Assembly (NCBI RefSeq): GCF_001194135.2 | Contig: NC_068982.1 | Span: 69,375,353-69,421,520 of the forward strand | DNA: 46,168 bases | Source: Octopus bimaculoides | Taxonomy: Eukaryota | Direction: 5' to 3' | Part shown: positions 1 to 11,482 of the stretch, one piece after another | Numbering within the stretch: the stretch's first letter is position 1 | How the letters are laid out: each line of letters opens with the position of its first letter | Notes under the pieces: generated by a model | Seen by the model: the letters and a program-made list of their open reading frames with translations, nothing else | The model's database searches: none | What the model was told of the DNA's origin: nothing | Position numbers and translations under genes: made by a program

Positions 1-55
1 ATATATATATATATATATATACATATGTATATATACATATATATTCATATATTAT
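1..55. repeat. (TA)n / TA-rich microsatellite
   Basis: Direct reading of the sequence. Confidence 0.95.
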
Positions 56-556
56 TGATATCACGCATCATGTATGTTGTTAACATCGATAATGTTTACA
101 TTATAGAGCAGCTTCTACATACATACATGTATCCACACATTTGATCGCGCACGCGCACGCACACACATATATATGCATGTATGTGTGTGCGTGCGTGTGC
201 AATTCTACTGTTTCCAGTATATGTCTAATTACCCCGTCTCCTGGAGATGAAGTGAGACAACTGCTGTTCTGATGCCACCATTTGAGGCAGAAACGCGTGT
301 CCAAGGTTGTCCTCCTGTCTCTAAACAGCGGACTGTATTTTCCTTAACGGCTTGGAAATTTTAGAAAATTCTTGATTCCTAAAAGAATCTCCGTCATTCT
401 AAGAAGCAGTGACAATTTCAAAAACTAAAACAAGAGAGAGAGAGAGAGAGTATAGTTTGTGAGGCATTTAATTACATCCTTTAATCGTCTTTGCTCTTAA
501 AATAAATATCACTGGCTACTCTTAGTTATTTCCCTTAGCACATTTTCGCTTCATCA

Positions 557-561
557 TGCGT

Positions 562-612
<51 letters not shown>

Positions 613-660
613 GTGTGTGTGTGTGTGCGTGCGCGTGTGCGTGCGCGTGTGCGCGCGTGT
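557..660. repeat. (TG)n/(TGCG)n microsatellite
   Basis: Alternating purine-pyrimidine run; source of the spurious VCVC ORFs. Confidence 0.95.
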
Positions 661-679
661 TATTTGTAGATACAAATAT

Positions 680-895
680 TTTCTTTTTTCTTTTATTTTG
701 TTTCAATCATTTGACTGCGACCATGCTGGAGCACCACCTTTTTGATCGAAGAAATCGACCCCAGGACTTATTCTTTGTAAGCCTAATACTTATTCTATCG
801 GTTCTATTGCCGAACCGCTAAGTTACGGTGACGACAACACACCAGCATCGGTTGTCAAGCGATGGTGGAGGGACAAACAGAGACACACAAACATA
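680..895 (-). mobile_element. SINE family 1, 3' half
   Basis: Reverse complement matches the tail of the full copy at 45308-45703 (gataagtact...ggggtcgattt...ggtgctccagcatgg...gactgaaac, A-rich end). Confidence 0.9.
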
Positions 896-1349
896 TACAT
901 ATATACACACACACATATATATATAGTGAGTTCAAACAAGATGAAAATTGCCGTTGCAAGTGAAAGTCCCTGCACACGAAGGAAAAAGAATCACAGAAAC
1001 TGTAAACAAAACCCTTTTTTTACTATATTCATTTCTCCCTTGTTTTTCTCCCTTGTTTTTCTCCCTCTTAACTCAGTATGACCGAGACTTTGGTGATCCA
1101 CATTTCTTATCGATCACTACTAACACTATTGAATTTTGTGCATTTAAACAAGATGATCCACATTTTTTATATTATTGAATGTAATGAATATTTAAATCAT
1201 ATTTCATATTATTGAAACTTGTAAACATTGAAACTTTTAAACTTGTTTTTCTAATTCATAATTTTAAATTTTTATCATTGATAAATACAAAATATTGTTG
1301 GTATGTATGTAAATAAATTTATTTAAAAACAATTACAAGTTTTTCAAAT

Positions 1350-2780
1350 TTAGGTGCATTTTAAACAACGAATAATACCTGAATGCCCATCCAGAACTAA
1401 GAATATCCAATACTCTTTCCAGGGCTCCAAATACTCAGCAAAGACACAAAATGGGAAATTCCAGTGCAGCCACACTCAAAGATACAGAAACCCCTCTCAC
1501 CCACCAAGAACTCTCCACGTCTCAAACGTAACGTCTTCGTGAATAACTTATTCAGACGGGACTATAAGAGAAATAAGAACTCCCCACGTCCTAGACACAT
1601 CCCACATAATGAAGACTTCGAATAGGACCAAAGGAGAAGTAGGAACTTCTCCCGCTCGAGACATATCTTCCACAATGACCACCTCGTCGAAACCACAAGA
1701 TATTACCATTACGACAACCCCACTCAGAACCGACTACAACAGAGAACCCACAATAGACCAAGGGTTAACGGAAAGACAAGCAACAAGAGCATTCCTTATA
1801 TCAAAACCCAAGAAACCATTTTTTAGGCAAACTGGGCCAAAACCGGGACACTCGATTGGACCAACCAAATGTGAGATCCCGAAGGTGATAAATCTTTCAC
1901 ATAAAACCCTTTCAAACCAACAAATCAAAATTCTCACAAAAGGACTGAAATTCACCCCAACACCACAAAGATCGAACCTAAATAATATATAAAATGATAT
2001 CCAGGGATTCTTCAGAAAACTTCGAGTCACTGAAGAACTATTGGATAAAGAAACTAATGATCACTCAATACTTCATAATAAAACTAACTACTGTCTGACA
2101 AAAGGAAGAAATCAAACTCTGGATAACTTTTGTGATTTGGTATCCAATTACCTCTATAATTTGGTATCCAATTACCTCTATAAGTCGAGAAGAATGGGAA
2201 ATCATTAATGATCTCAAAGGAGTGCTCTAATAATTATGCACTCAGAAAAATAAACTCTACTCTAATCCTCCTTCAAGACAGTACCTACTACGAAAAAATC
2301 AACAACTACAGTCAATCCAAGATAATGACAAAACTTTCTACCCTTATCCACCAGTTCCAACCAGGTTTAACGGAAAAGGAGAAAGATTACTTGACTAAAT
2401 TTGACTGCAAAACCAGCAACTTTTATGGACTTCCCAAAATCCACAAAAGTGAAGCCATAAACGAAGCCTGTAACAAATCAACTTCTGCAGTCATAAGTAT
2501 TCCAAACCTGAGATATCTTAAAATGTGACCAATTGTGGCCGGTCCCTCGTGTGAGACACACAGACTCAGGAACTTTATTGACGTCCTCCTTGAACTTATT
2601 CTCCTACATATACCGAGCTTTATAAGGGATGATCTGGACTTTTTAAACTATCTCCCAAACAAAACCAGCAAGGACTCCCTTCTGGTTTCATTCCATGTAA
2701 TAAACCTCTACACCTCAATTCCTCACGAATACGAGATAATAGCCTTACAATACTGGTTGGAAAGATTCCCAAATGACATT
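1350..2780 (+). pseudogene. Penelope-like element (PLE) reverse-transcriptase ORF remnant, cut off after RT motif A
   Basis: Translates to VINLSHKTLSNQQIKILTKGLKFTPTP, NFYGLPKIHK, M*PIVAGPSCETHRL (RPIV with CGA>TGA at 2526-2528) and LLVSFHVINLYTSIP (catalytic D>H). These are PLE RT hallmarks, broken by stops and frameshifts. Sequence runs into a TG tract at about 2785. The 5' boundary is approximate. Confidence 0.85.
2136..2183 (+). repeat. Perfect 24-bp tandem duplication inside the PLE
   Basis: tttggtatccaattacctctataa at 2136-2159 and 2160-2183. Confidence 0.95.
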
Positions 2781-2789
2781 GCATGCGCG

Positions 2790-3915
2790 CAAGTGTATGT
2801 GTGTGTATGTAATAGCATGTGTGTGTTTGTTGTTGATTGTTTATACGTGTATGTGTAAGTGAACTTTGTGTCTGTTAATGTTGCAGAAAGAATTCAGCAG
2901 CATAGTAACAGGAGTGATGGTCTTTTGTGTAGCTGTGTGTTTCTTCACATGTGCGTAGAGGAATGGCCAGTAGAAAGGTGTTTGGCTAACAGTTTGAAGT
3001 ATGTGTATGTATGTGCGAGCGTGTATGTGTATGTTGTGTGTGTGAGTGTGTGTGTGAGTGTGTGGTGTGCGTGTACGTGTGTATAATTGCGTGTGTGTAT
3101 GTGCATGTGTCTATGTATGTGCATGTGTGTATGTATGTGTGCGTGGAATTGTGTGGAGTTGTGTGTGGAAGTATATGTGCGTTCATGTGCGTGTGTGTGT
3201 GCGTGTGTGTGTGCGTGTGTGTGTGCGTGTGTGTGTGTGTGTGTGAGCATCCGTGTGTGTGCGTGCATGTGCGTGTGTGTATATGCATGTGTGTATGCCC
3301 GTGTGTGTAATTGTGTGCATGTATGTACGAGTAAGTTGTGTGTGTGTGGTATATGTGCGTTGATGTGCGTGTGCGTGCGTGCGTGTGTGAGTGGGCGTGT
3401 GTATATGTGTGTGTGTGCGTGTGCATGCGTGTGTATGTGTGCGTGTGTATGTGCATGTATATGTGTGTGTGTATGTGGGGTTGTATGTGTAGAAATTTAT
3501 ATGCGTTTCTGTACTATGTGCGCACGTGTGTGTATGTGCGTGTGTGTATGTGCGTGTGTGTATGTGCGTGTAGTTGTGAGTGCGTATGTGCGTGTATGTA
3601 TGCGTGTGTGTGTATGAGCGTGTGTGTATGCATGGGGTTGTGTGTGTTAGGTATATGTGCATTCCTGTGAGTGTGTGTGTATGTGTGTGTACTTGCGTAT
3701 GTGTGTATGTATGTGTGTGCTGTGTGTGGGGGGAGGTATATGTGAGGTATATGTGCGTTCATATGTGTGTGCGTTCATATGTGTGTGCGTGCATGTGTGC
3801 ATATGTATGCGTGTGTGTGTGTATGTGTGTATGTATGCGCGTGTTTGTATGTGAGTGTGTGCGTGGGGTTGTATGTGTGGAAGTATATCTGCGCTCCTGT
3901 GTGTGTGCGCGCGTT
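2790..3915. repeat. About 1.1-kb imperfect (TG)-based tract with higher-order units
   Basis: Alternating purine-pyrimidine tract; recurring anchor gtatatgtgcgttc-like at about 3171, 3349, 3496, 3651, 3747 and 3883. Confidence 0.85.
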
Positions 3916-3924
3916 GTTTCCTGA

Positions 3925-3985
3925 CCTGACCATATGGTTTGGGGTTCAGTCCCACTGCTTGTCACCTTCAGCCTTGGTCGACCTA
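3925..3985 (+). mobile_element. SINE family 1 head fragment
   Basis: catatggtttggggttcagtcccactgc...caccttc matches the family-1 B-box region. Confidence 0.7.
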
Positions 3986-4013
3986 TCCTGTCATCATTTC
4001 AGGGTTGATAATG

Positions 4014-4055
<42 letters not shown>

Positions 4056-4452
4056 NNNNNNNNNNNNNNNNNNNNNNNNNNNNNNNNNNNNNNNNNNNNN
4101 NNNNNNNNNNNNNNNNNNNNNNNNNNNNNNNNNNNNNNNNNNNNNNNNNNNNNNNNNNNNNNNNNNNNNNNNNNNNNNNNNNNNNNNNNNNNNNNNNNNN
4201 NNNNNNNNNNNNNNNNNNNNNNNNNNNNNNNNNNNNNNNNNNNNNNNNNNNNNNNNNNNNNNNNNNNNNNNNNNNNNNNNNNNNNNNNNNNNNNNNNNNN
4301 NNNNNNNNNNNNNNNNNNNNNNNNNNNNNNNNNNNNNNNNNNNNNNNNNNNNNNNNNNNNNNNNNNNNNNNNNNNNNNNTATATATAATGGTCTAGCTTC
4401 CAACAAAAAATTTTCAGGCTTTGTGCACATGGTAGCAGACATTATTAAATCC

Positions 4453-4662
4453 TGCGAGCTGGCAGAATCATTATCACAGACGACAAAGCGCTTAGCGACA
4501 AATCTATCTCTTTACGTTCAGAATTCAAATTTCGCCGCGTTTATTTTTGCTTTTTATCCTTTTGAGATCGATAAAATAAGTACCAGTCGAGCACTGGAAT
4601 TGTTATAATCGACCAGCTCCCTCCCCAAAATTTCAGACCATGTACCTACAGTAGAAACAATT
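4453..4662 (+). mobile_element. SINE family 2 (diverged)
   Basis: gcgagctggcagaatc...ttcaaattt...gataaaataagtaccag...gtagaaac, colinear with the TSD-bounded copy at 34965. Confidence 0.85.
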
Positions 4663-4854
4663 AGTATTGTTGTTTCCGTTTTAATTCTATTTATTTACGT
4701 ATTTATGTCATATTTACTTTTTTCTTTCCCTTACTTTCTTGCAACTATGAACTTATTCTAAAACATTCTTCGTGTGTTATTTTCTAATTTCATGATAAAA
4801 TCATCTACGTACAATATTTTCTTTTAGTAATGAGTTTCCTTATGCTTCCCAATC

Positions 4855-4957
4855 ACATAGTTCCGAGTTCAGTCCCACTGCGTGGCACCTTGCGCAGGTG
4901 TCTTCTGCTACAGACTTGTGAGTGGATTTGGTAGACGGAAACTGAAAGAAGCCCGTC

Positions 4958-4996
<39 letters not shown>

Positions 4997-5043
4997 TAAT
5001 TATGTGTGTGTCGTTGTATCTGTATTTATCCTCCCACCATAGC
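4855..5043 (+). mobile_element. SINE family 1, head plus internal (TA)n, running into a gap
   Basis: gagttcagtcccactgcgtggcaccttg...gtagacggaaactgaaagaagcccgtcg followed by (TA)n. Confidence 0.9.
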
Positions 5044-5598
5044 NNNNNNNNNNNNNNNNNNNNNNNNNNNNNNNNNNNNNNNNNNNNNNNNNNNNNNNNN
5101 NNNNNNNNNNNNNNNNNNNNNNNNNNNNNNNNNNNNNNNNNNNNNNNNNNNNNNNNNNNNNNNNNNNNNNNNNNNNNNNNNNNNNNNNNNNNNNNNNNNN
5201 NNNNNNNNNNNNNNNNNNNNNNNNNNNNNNNNNNNNNNNNNNNNNNNNNNNNNNNNNNNNNNNNNNNNNNNNNNNNNNNNNNNNNNNNNNNNNNNNNNNN
5301 NNNNNNNNNNNNNNNNNNNNNNNNNNNNNNNNNNNNNNNNNNNNNNNNNNNNNNNNNNNNNNNNNNNNNNNNNNNNNNNNNNNNNNNNNNNNNNNNNNNN
5401 NNNNNNNNNNNNNNNNNNNNNNNNNNNNNNNNNNNNNNNNNNNNNNNNNNNNNNNNNNNNNNNNNNNNNNNNNNNNNNNNNNNNNNNNNNNNNNNNNNNN
5501 NNNNNNNNNNNNNNNNNNNNNNNNNNNNNNNNNNNNNNNNNNNNNNNNNNNNNNNNNNNNNNNNNNNNNNNNNNNNNNNNNNNNNNNNNNNNNNNNNN

Positions 5599-5653
<55 letters not shown>

Positions 5654-6338
5654 ACATACATGTGTGTATGCATGTATGTGTATACTTGTATGTGGAGAGG
5701 TAGTACATATACATTGATATATACACATATACATACAGAACCAGTCAGACAGACTGAGTGAAAGAGTGTTTGTGTGCGTATGTCTGTGTGCACGCGAGCG
5801 TACGATCAAGTGTCTGTGTGTGCGCACGTGCATGCGTGTGTTTGCGCGCGCGCTCAAAAAAATCACAGATGTTACAATTTGCCCCACAGCTTCCTGTCAC
5901 ACCTCGGTCTAATTAACTGAAGTTACACGCACCATATTTCACCTCTCACTCGTGTAACCTGATATTCACCGGGACATTGGTCTGTTGTTATTGTTTTACT
6001 TTCAGATTTTTTTTAGTTTTTAATGGATATGTCCCTTTTGTTATTTTCGGGAGCGGATACCAAATTCAAAAACCTGATTTAAATTTTGGAAGTAACTTTT
6101 GTACTTTCGCTGATCTTACGAATTCTCTTGAGAAAGGCATGACTATCAAATAATCTTATATCCATTACGCGATAAATTTAAAGCTGTGTACTGAAACAAT
6201 ACAGAATAAGCCCTAAACTATATCTGCAACTGGGTATCAAGTCCCGATTACAAACATTTCATAACAGAATAAATAATCGTATCACCCTATTTTATGGTTA
6301 TTTATATATTCTTAGCATTATGCTTTGTCCAAAATATA

Positions 6339-6840
6339 AGGCGGCGAGATGGCAGACTCATTACTGCACCTGACAAAATGCTTACTGGCACTCCGTTGGT
6401 CACGACGATGGAGGGTTCCAATTAATCCGATCAACGGAACAGCTTGTTCGTGAAATTGGCATGCAAATGGCTGAGCACTCCACAGACACGCGTATGCTTA
6501 ATGTAGTTCACAGGAAGATTCAGCGTGACACAGAATGTGACAAGGCTGTCCCTTTGAAATACAGGTACTGCTCCTTTTTGAAGCAACGTGAAATAAAGGG
6601 TTTAGCTGAAGGACACAACACGCCGCCAGAAATCGAACTCACGACCTTATGATCTTGAACTGAATACCCTGGTATTTTTTCCGGTTGTTTACATTCTGAG
6701 TTCAAATGCTGCTGAGGTCGACTTTGCCTTTCATCCATGCGGCATTGATGAAAAAGTACCAGTTGAGTATAGATGTCAATGTAATTGATTTCCCATCTCC
6801 TCAAATCTGCTGGCCTTGTGCCAAAATTAGAAAGAATTAT
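6339..6840 (+). mobile_element. SINE family 2 interrupted by a family-3 SINE
   Basis: Head 6339-6387 (ggcggcgagatggcagac...atgcttact) resumes at about 6671 (ggtatttt...ctgagttcaaat...gtcgactttgcctttcat...ccttgtgccaaaa). Confidence 0.85.
6388..6670 (-). mobile_element. SINE family 3a nested in a family-2 SINE
   Basis: Reverse complement shows a tRNA-like head with B-box gagttcgatt; its 3' ~170 bp is shared with 22534-22919. Confidence 0.85.
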
Positions 6841-7321
6841 TCTTTGTTCAAAATAGTCTAATAATTTATTATATCCATTTTTTTTTCACCATAGTCTTGG
6901 TATAGCGTAACTAAAGCTTTTTAGAAAGGCACAGACGTAACAATATTTTGTTCCATACACCATCTATAAATATAACGTAGGGTATCTATATAAGAAATCA
7001 CTGGGTCCACACTCCTCAAAATCTTGGAACTCCCGTACCAGGATCACACAACTGGATGCAGTTTTAAATCACACACACACACGCACACACACACATCCAA
7101 AGAAAGAGAGAGGGAGGGAGAGCAGATGTATTTAATTCTTGAAAATGGGGTTGTGAAGGTCTGGAAATGTCAAATGTGAATTTAGAAACTTTCGATTCCA
7201 AAGTAGCTATTAAAAAAAACTAAGAAAAACGAAAAATCAAAAATACAAACTCGAACATGGCCGTGTATTTAATAAGACACGCCCACACACCACACACATA
7301 TGTATACATATATATAAATGC

Positions 7322-7415
7322 GTGTGTGTGTGTGTGTGTGTGTGTGTTATTAGTGTAATAATTATTATTATTTCAATTATTATTATTATTATTATTTCAA
7401 TTATTATTATTATTT
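7322..7415. repeat. (TG)n plus (ATT)n microsatellites
   Basis: Direct reading. Confidence 0.9.
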
Positions 7416-7424
7416 TTACAAAAT

Positions 7425-7642
7425 CGACGAATTGGGGAGAATCGTTAGCGCGGCGGACAAAATGCTTAGCAGCACTTCTTCCGTCCTTATGTTCTCAGCT
7501 CAAATTCCGCCGAGGTCAACTTTGCTTTTCATCCTTTCGAGGTCGACGAATTAAGTACCAATTGAATACTGAGGGTGATATAATCGACTAGCTCCCTACC
7601 ACCAAGATTTCAGATCTTACGCTTATAGCTGAAAAAAGTTAT
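7425..7642 (+). mobile_element. SINE family 2
   Basis: gaatcgttagc...aaatgcttagc...caaattccgccgaggtcaactttgc...ttaagtacca. Confidence 0.85.
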
Positions 7643-8198
7643 TATCTGTTAATATTGTTGTTTGAAGTAATTTAAACTCATTCTCTACTATTTTGGTAAC
7701 CAAACTTTGCTAGCCTAAAGCTTTTATTCATAACGTTACTACTGGTGGTGGATGATAACTTAGATCTTATGATCTTGGTTGATGTCCACTTTGTTAATGT
7801 CGTCGTAAATGGAGTAAATAGCTACAAACGCAAATGGAAACCGCATCGCAATTTCAGTTAGCTAGGTGAAAGCTTTTTCTCTACTTATAGATAATGTTGC
7901 TGCTAGTGGTTCTCAGCTTAGATCTCCTGATCTCGGTTGACATACAGTTTATTAATGTCGAATGCCAAAAGTTGAAAATATTTATATAAATAAATTGACA
8001 TCAGAATAACGTAGCTTATAAATATGTGTTTGTGTAGAATATGAAAAATTTTAAATATGAACATAGGATATTAGAGTAAATATAGGATATTAACAATTTG
8101 AAAAATGTTCAATATAAGATATGAACAATAAATAACATGATTGAGACAATATTAAATATAAAATTGATATTATTGCTTAGTATATTATGAGCAACGGT

Positions 8199-8313
8199 AA
8201 GGCGGGTAGCTGGCAGAGTCGTTACCGCTCCGGAAAAATTGCTAAGCGGCATTTATTCCGGTTGTTTACGTTCTAAGTTCAAAACACCACCAAAGTCGAC
8301 TTTATCTTACATT
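8199..8313 (+). mobile_element. SINE family 2, 5' half
   Basis: aaggcgggtagctggcagagtcgtta...ctaagttcaaa...gtcgacttt. Confidence 0.8.
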
Positions 8314-8470
8314 AATCCCAGTACTCAACTGGTACTTATTTTATCAATCCCCGAAAGGATGACAGGTAAAGTTGACCTCGGTGGTATTTGAACTCAGAAT
8401 GTAAGGACGGGCGAAATGCTTAGTAGCATTTCGTCTGGCGCGGTAAGGATTCTGTCAGCTCGCCACCTTA
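8314..8470 (-). mobile_element. SINE family 2
   Basis: Reverse complement: aaggtggcgagctgacagaatc...ctgagttcaaatacc...gataaaataagtaccagttgagtactggg. Confidence 0.85.
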
Positions 8471-8497
8471 CGATATGCCTTAATATTCCAATACTCA

Positions 8498-8708
8498 AAG
8501 GCGGTGAACTGTCAGAATCGTTAGCACGCCGGGCGAAATGCATTTCGTCCGTCTTTACGTTCTGAGTTCAAATTCCGCCGGGATCGACTTTGCTTTTCAT
8601 CCTCTCAAAGTCGATAAAATAAGTACCAGTTAAGCACTAGGGGTGTGCAACTGGCTTACTCTCTCCCCTGAAACTGTTGGCCTTGTGCCAAAATTTGAAA
8701 TCAATATT
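8498..8708 (+). mobile_element. SINE family 2
   Basis: Near full length: aaggcggtgaactgtcagaatcgttagcacgccgggcgaaatg...ccttgtgccaaaatttgaaa. Confidence 0.9.
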
Positions 8709-8841
8709 TCAGTACCCAATTTACTCTTATGTAAAATACAAGACGTTGTGCCTAGTGAAAAGGAATTATATTCTTTGATAAAATTCCATTTTCTCGAGGA
8801 ACGCTCTCTAAGGCTAAACTGACATAAAGCAGGTTAACTGA

Positions 8842-9062
8842 TATTCTTTTCTACTCTAGGCACAAGGCCCGAAATTTTGGCGGAGGGGGCCAGTCGATTA
8901 GATCGACCCCCCCAGTACGCAACTGGTACTTAATTTATCGACCCCGAAACGATGAAAGACAAAGTCAACCTCGGCGGAATTTGATCTCAGAACGTAAAGA
9001 CAGACGAAATACCAATAAGCATTTCGCCCGGCGTGCTAACGTTTCTGTCAGATCGTCGCCTT
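8842..9062 (-). mobile_element. SINE family 2, relatively young
   Basis: Full-length reverse-complement match to the 34965 and 39668 copies, including the tail gggccttgtgcctagagtagaaaagaata. Confidence 0.9.
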
Positions 9063-9534
9063 GCAGGTTAATTGATATTAAATTCATAAAGCTGAATCCG
9101 GCATTTGAGCAAGTAAAGGCGGAAAGGTTGGTAGGATAGAATACCAAACCACTAACATAGCGTGTGTGAATTCAAATAACGATTTAAAAGTTTCGGTGCG
9201 AATCTGAACAGTATTTATATTTATCCAATCTCAGAAATGAGGCATTTGCAGTTGATTAGCTTCTTAGATGAGAGAGATATTAATTTCCGTTTGCTTACGG
9301 ACTGAAAACAGAGTCAAACGTTACTCATATATAATCATATAGGTCTGTGTCGCTGCAGATCGTTATCACTACATCGATCCTGTAATTAGTTAAGATGGAA
9401 TATTGTAAAGTCGGATGAAACCATCGAAATCCTTCGATTATTGTCTTCCCAATGGTCATATGGTCTGTTATTGAGCAGCGAGATTATTCCTATTTTTAGT
9501 TGTATAGAGGAAAGTGGAAGAAAGTTAAATATAG

Positions 9535-9828
9535 ACACAGACATGGCTGTGTAGTAAAGAAGTTCACTTCGTACTGTTGTGGTTTCGAGTTCTGTCCCAC
9601 TGCGCAACATCTTGAGCATATGTCTTCTATTATAACCCCGGGCCGACCGTTGCCTTTCGATGTTTTTACATTTCTGTAATTTAGTGGTTCTGCAGAAAGA
9701 GATCGATGGAATAAGTACCAAACTTAAAATAAGTACTAAGGTTTGATATGTTCGACTAAACCCTTCGAGTTGGTGCTCCAGCATGACCGCTGTCCATTGA
9801 CTGAAATAAATAAACGAATACAAGAATT
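9535..9828 (+). mobile_element. SINE family 1 variant lacking the internal microsatellite
   Basis: Head catggctgtgtagtaaag...gagttctgtccc joined directly to tail gaataagtacc...ggtgctccagcatgacc...gactgaaa. Confidence 0.8.
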
Positions 9829-10904
9829 TATCTATTCCGACAATGGATTTGTGTATAGCCTCATTTAACTATGATTCTATTACATTAATTAATAGCTTTT
9901 TTCTCCTCATGGTATATTTATTTTTGTTGGCATTTTATTGTTGTAAGTATTAAATATTGTTAATTCTGACTTATCATTAGATACTAGTGGAATTTCTGTC
10001 AGTTCACCTACATCTACACATTCACACAACTAATTTTTGTATGTTGGTTAAATGAAGGAGAAACAACCAGATTTGAAACCAAGCTCTACTAGTTCCGAAC
10101 GTAACGCTTTCAACAATTAAATTAACTGTCGACAGTAACTGTAATGGCGTCTTTTATCATTCATAAATGATTTACATTACTTTCCATGGCATCAGAGCAA
10201 CAGGCGAACGCAGATACGTTCACATACGCACGCACAGTAACAAACTTACACGTAAACACCAATATGCATAGACGCATCACACACGAATAGAATCACATAT
10301 ACACGCACACACGCACGATAATTATCAATTATTTATGCTAGACTTGTCAGCAGGTTAATAACTCAATCAATAGAAATTTCCTTCGCTAATCCCATGGCTT
10401 CAACCAGAGAATTCGGTGTCATCGTCCGGTAGCTGGTAGATTTCCTGTGGGCAAACGAAGAGAGAGAGTGAAGAGGAAGGGAGAAAATCTACTGAGCAGT
10501 ATCAATAACGGGTGTTTGGGCTGGATGATTTAGGGAGCAGACAGCCTATAGTGCTATTAGAAATAAAAGAAAACAACAGAGAGTATAACAAAATATCAAG
10601 TAGAAATGGATGATTTTCATATGAACTTTGTTTATGGCAGACAACACTTGGAAGGAAGGAATAAGTTATTAGTTACTTTCCCTGGTGGTAAATTCTCAAT
10701 AACTGAATCAATGTAAATGGATAAAGGAAAGAATAAATGAAGGAAATTTGCAGAAATTAAGATATGATGGCGGTGAAGGATAGAGAATATGTAGCAAAGA
10801 ATTGTCTAGAAACTTTACTGTTGATGATAGGGTTATGAGAGATAATAAGTAAGTTGTAAAATGCCAATACACAAATACACAAGTGCTCAGACGCACGCGC
10901 GCAC

Positions 10905-10963
<59 letters not shown>

Positions 10964-11482
10964 NNNNNNNNNNNNNNNNNNNNNNNNNNNNNNNNNNNNN
11001 NNNNNNNNNNNNNNNNNNNNNNNNNNNNNNNNNNNNNNNNNNNNNNNNNNNNNNNNNNNNNNNNNNNNNNNNNNNNNNNNNNNNNNNNNNNNNNNNNNNN
11101 NNNNNNNNNNNNNNNNNNNNNNNNNNNNNNNNNNNNNNNNNNNNNNNNNNNNNNNNNNNNNNNNNNNNNNNNNNNNNNNNNNNNNNNNNNNNNNNNNNNN
11201 NNNNNNNNNNNNNNNNNNNNNNNNNNNNNNNNNNATGTATGTATGGTCCGTTGTCTTCTGTTGAACCGGGGTCATCCCTTGACCCTAGGGTCACAGCAGG
11301 TCCTCATCTCATGGAGAGTACACGGCTTAAAATGTGTGCGGAACCTAGCAACACTATTTTCTGAAATTCTCCCACGTCAAATGCATAAAAATAATTTTTA
11401 ATTCCATTAGACATTCTAAAATACTATTAATTTCATTCAATTTTAAAAAAAGGTAAAATCGGACAGAACTTATGGGATGACC

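Noticed and set aside
101-425. Minus-strand exon after the (CT)n-ttgttttag acceptor at 425, and ORF 101-304
   Set aside because: All three frames after the acceptor hit stops within 27 codons; no recognisable protein.
7621-7628. 8-nt minus-strand microexon (ttttttcag|CTATAAGC|gtaaga)
   Set aside because: Lies in a decayed SINE tail and is not a multiple of three; shows that such motifs arise by chance.
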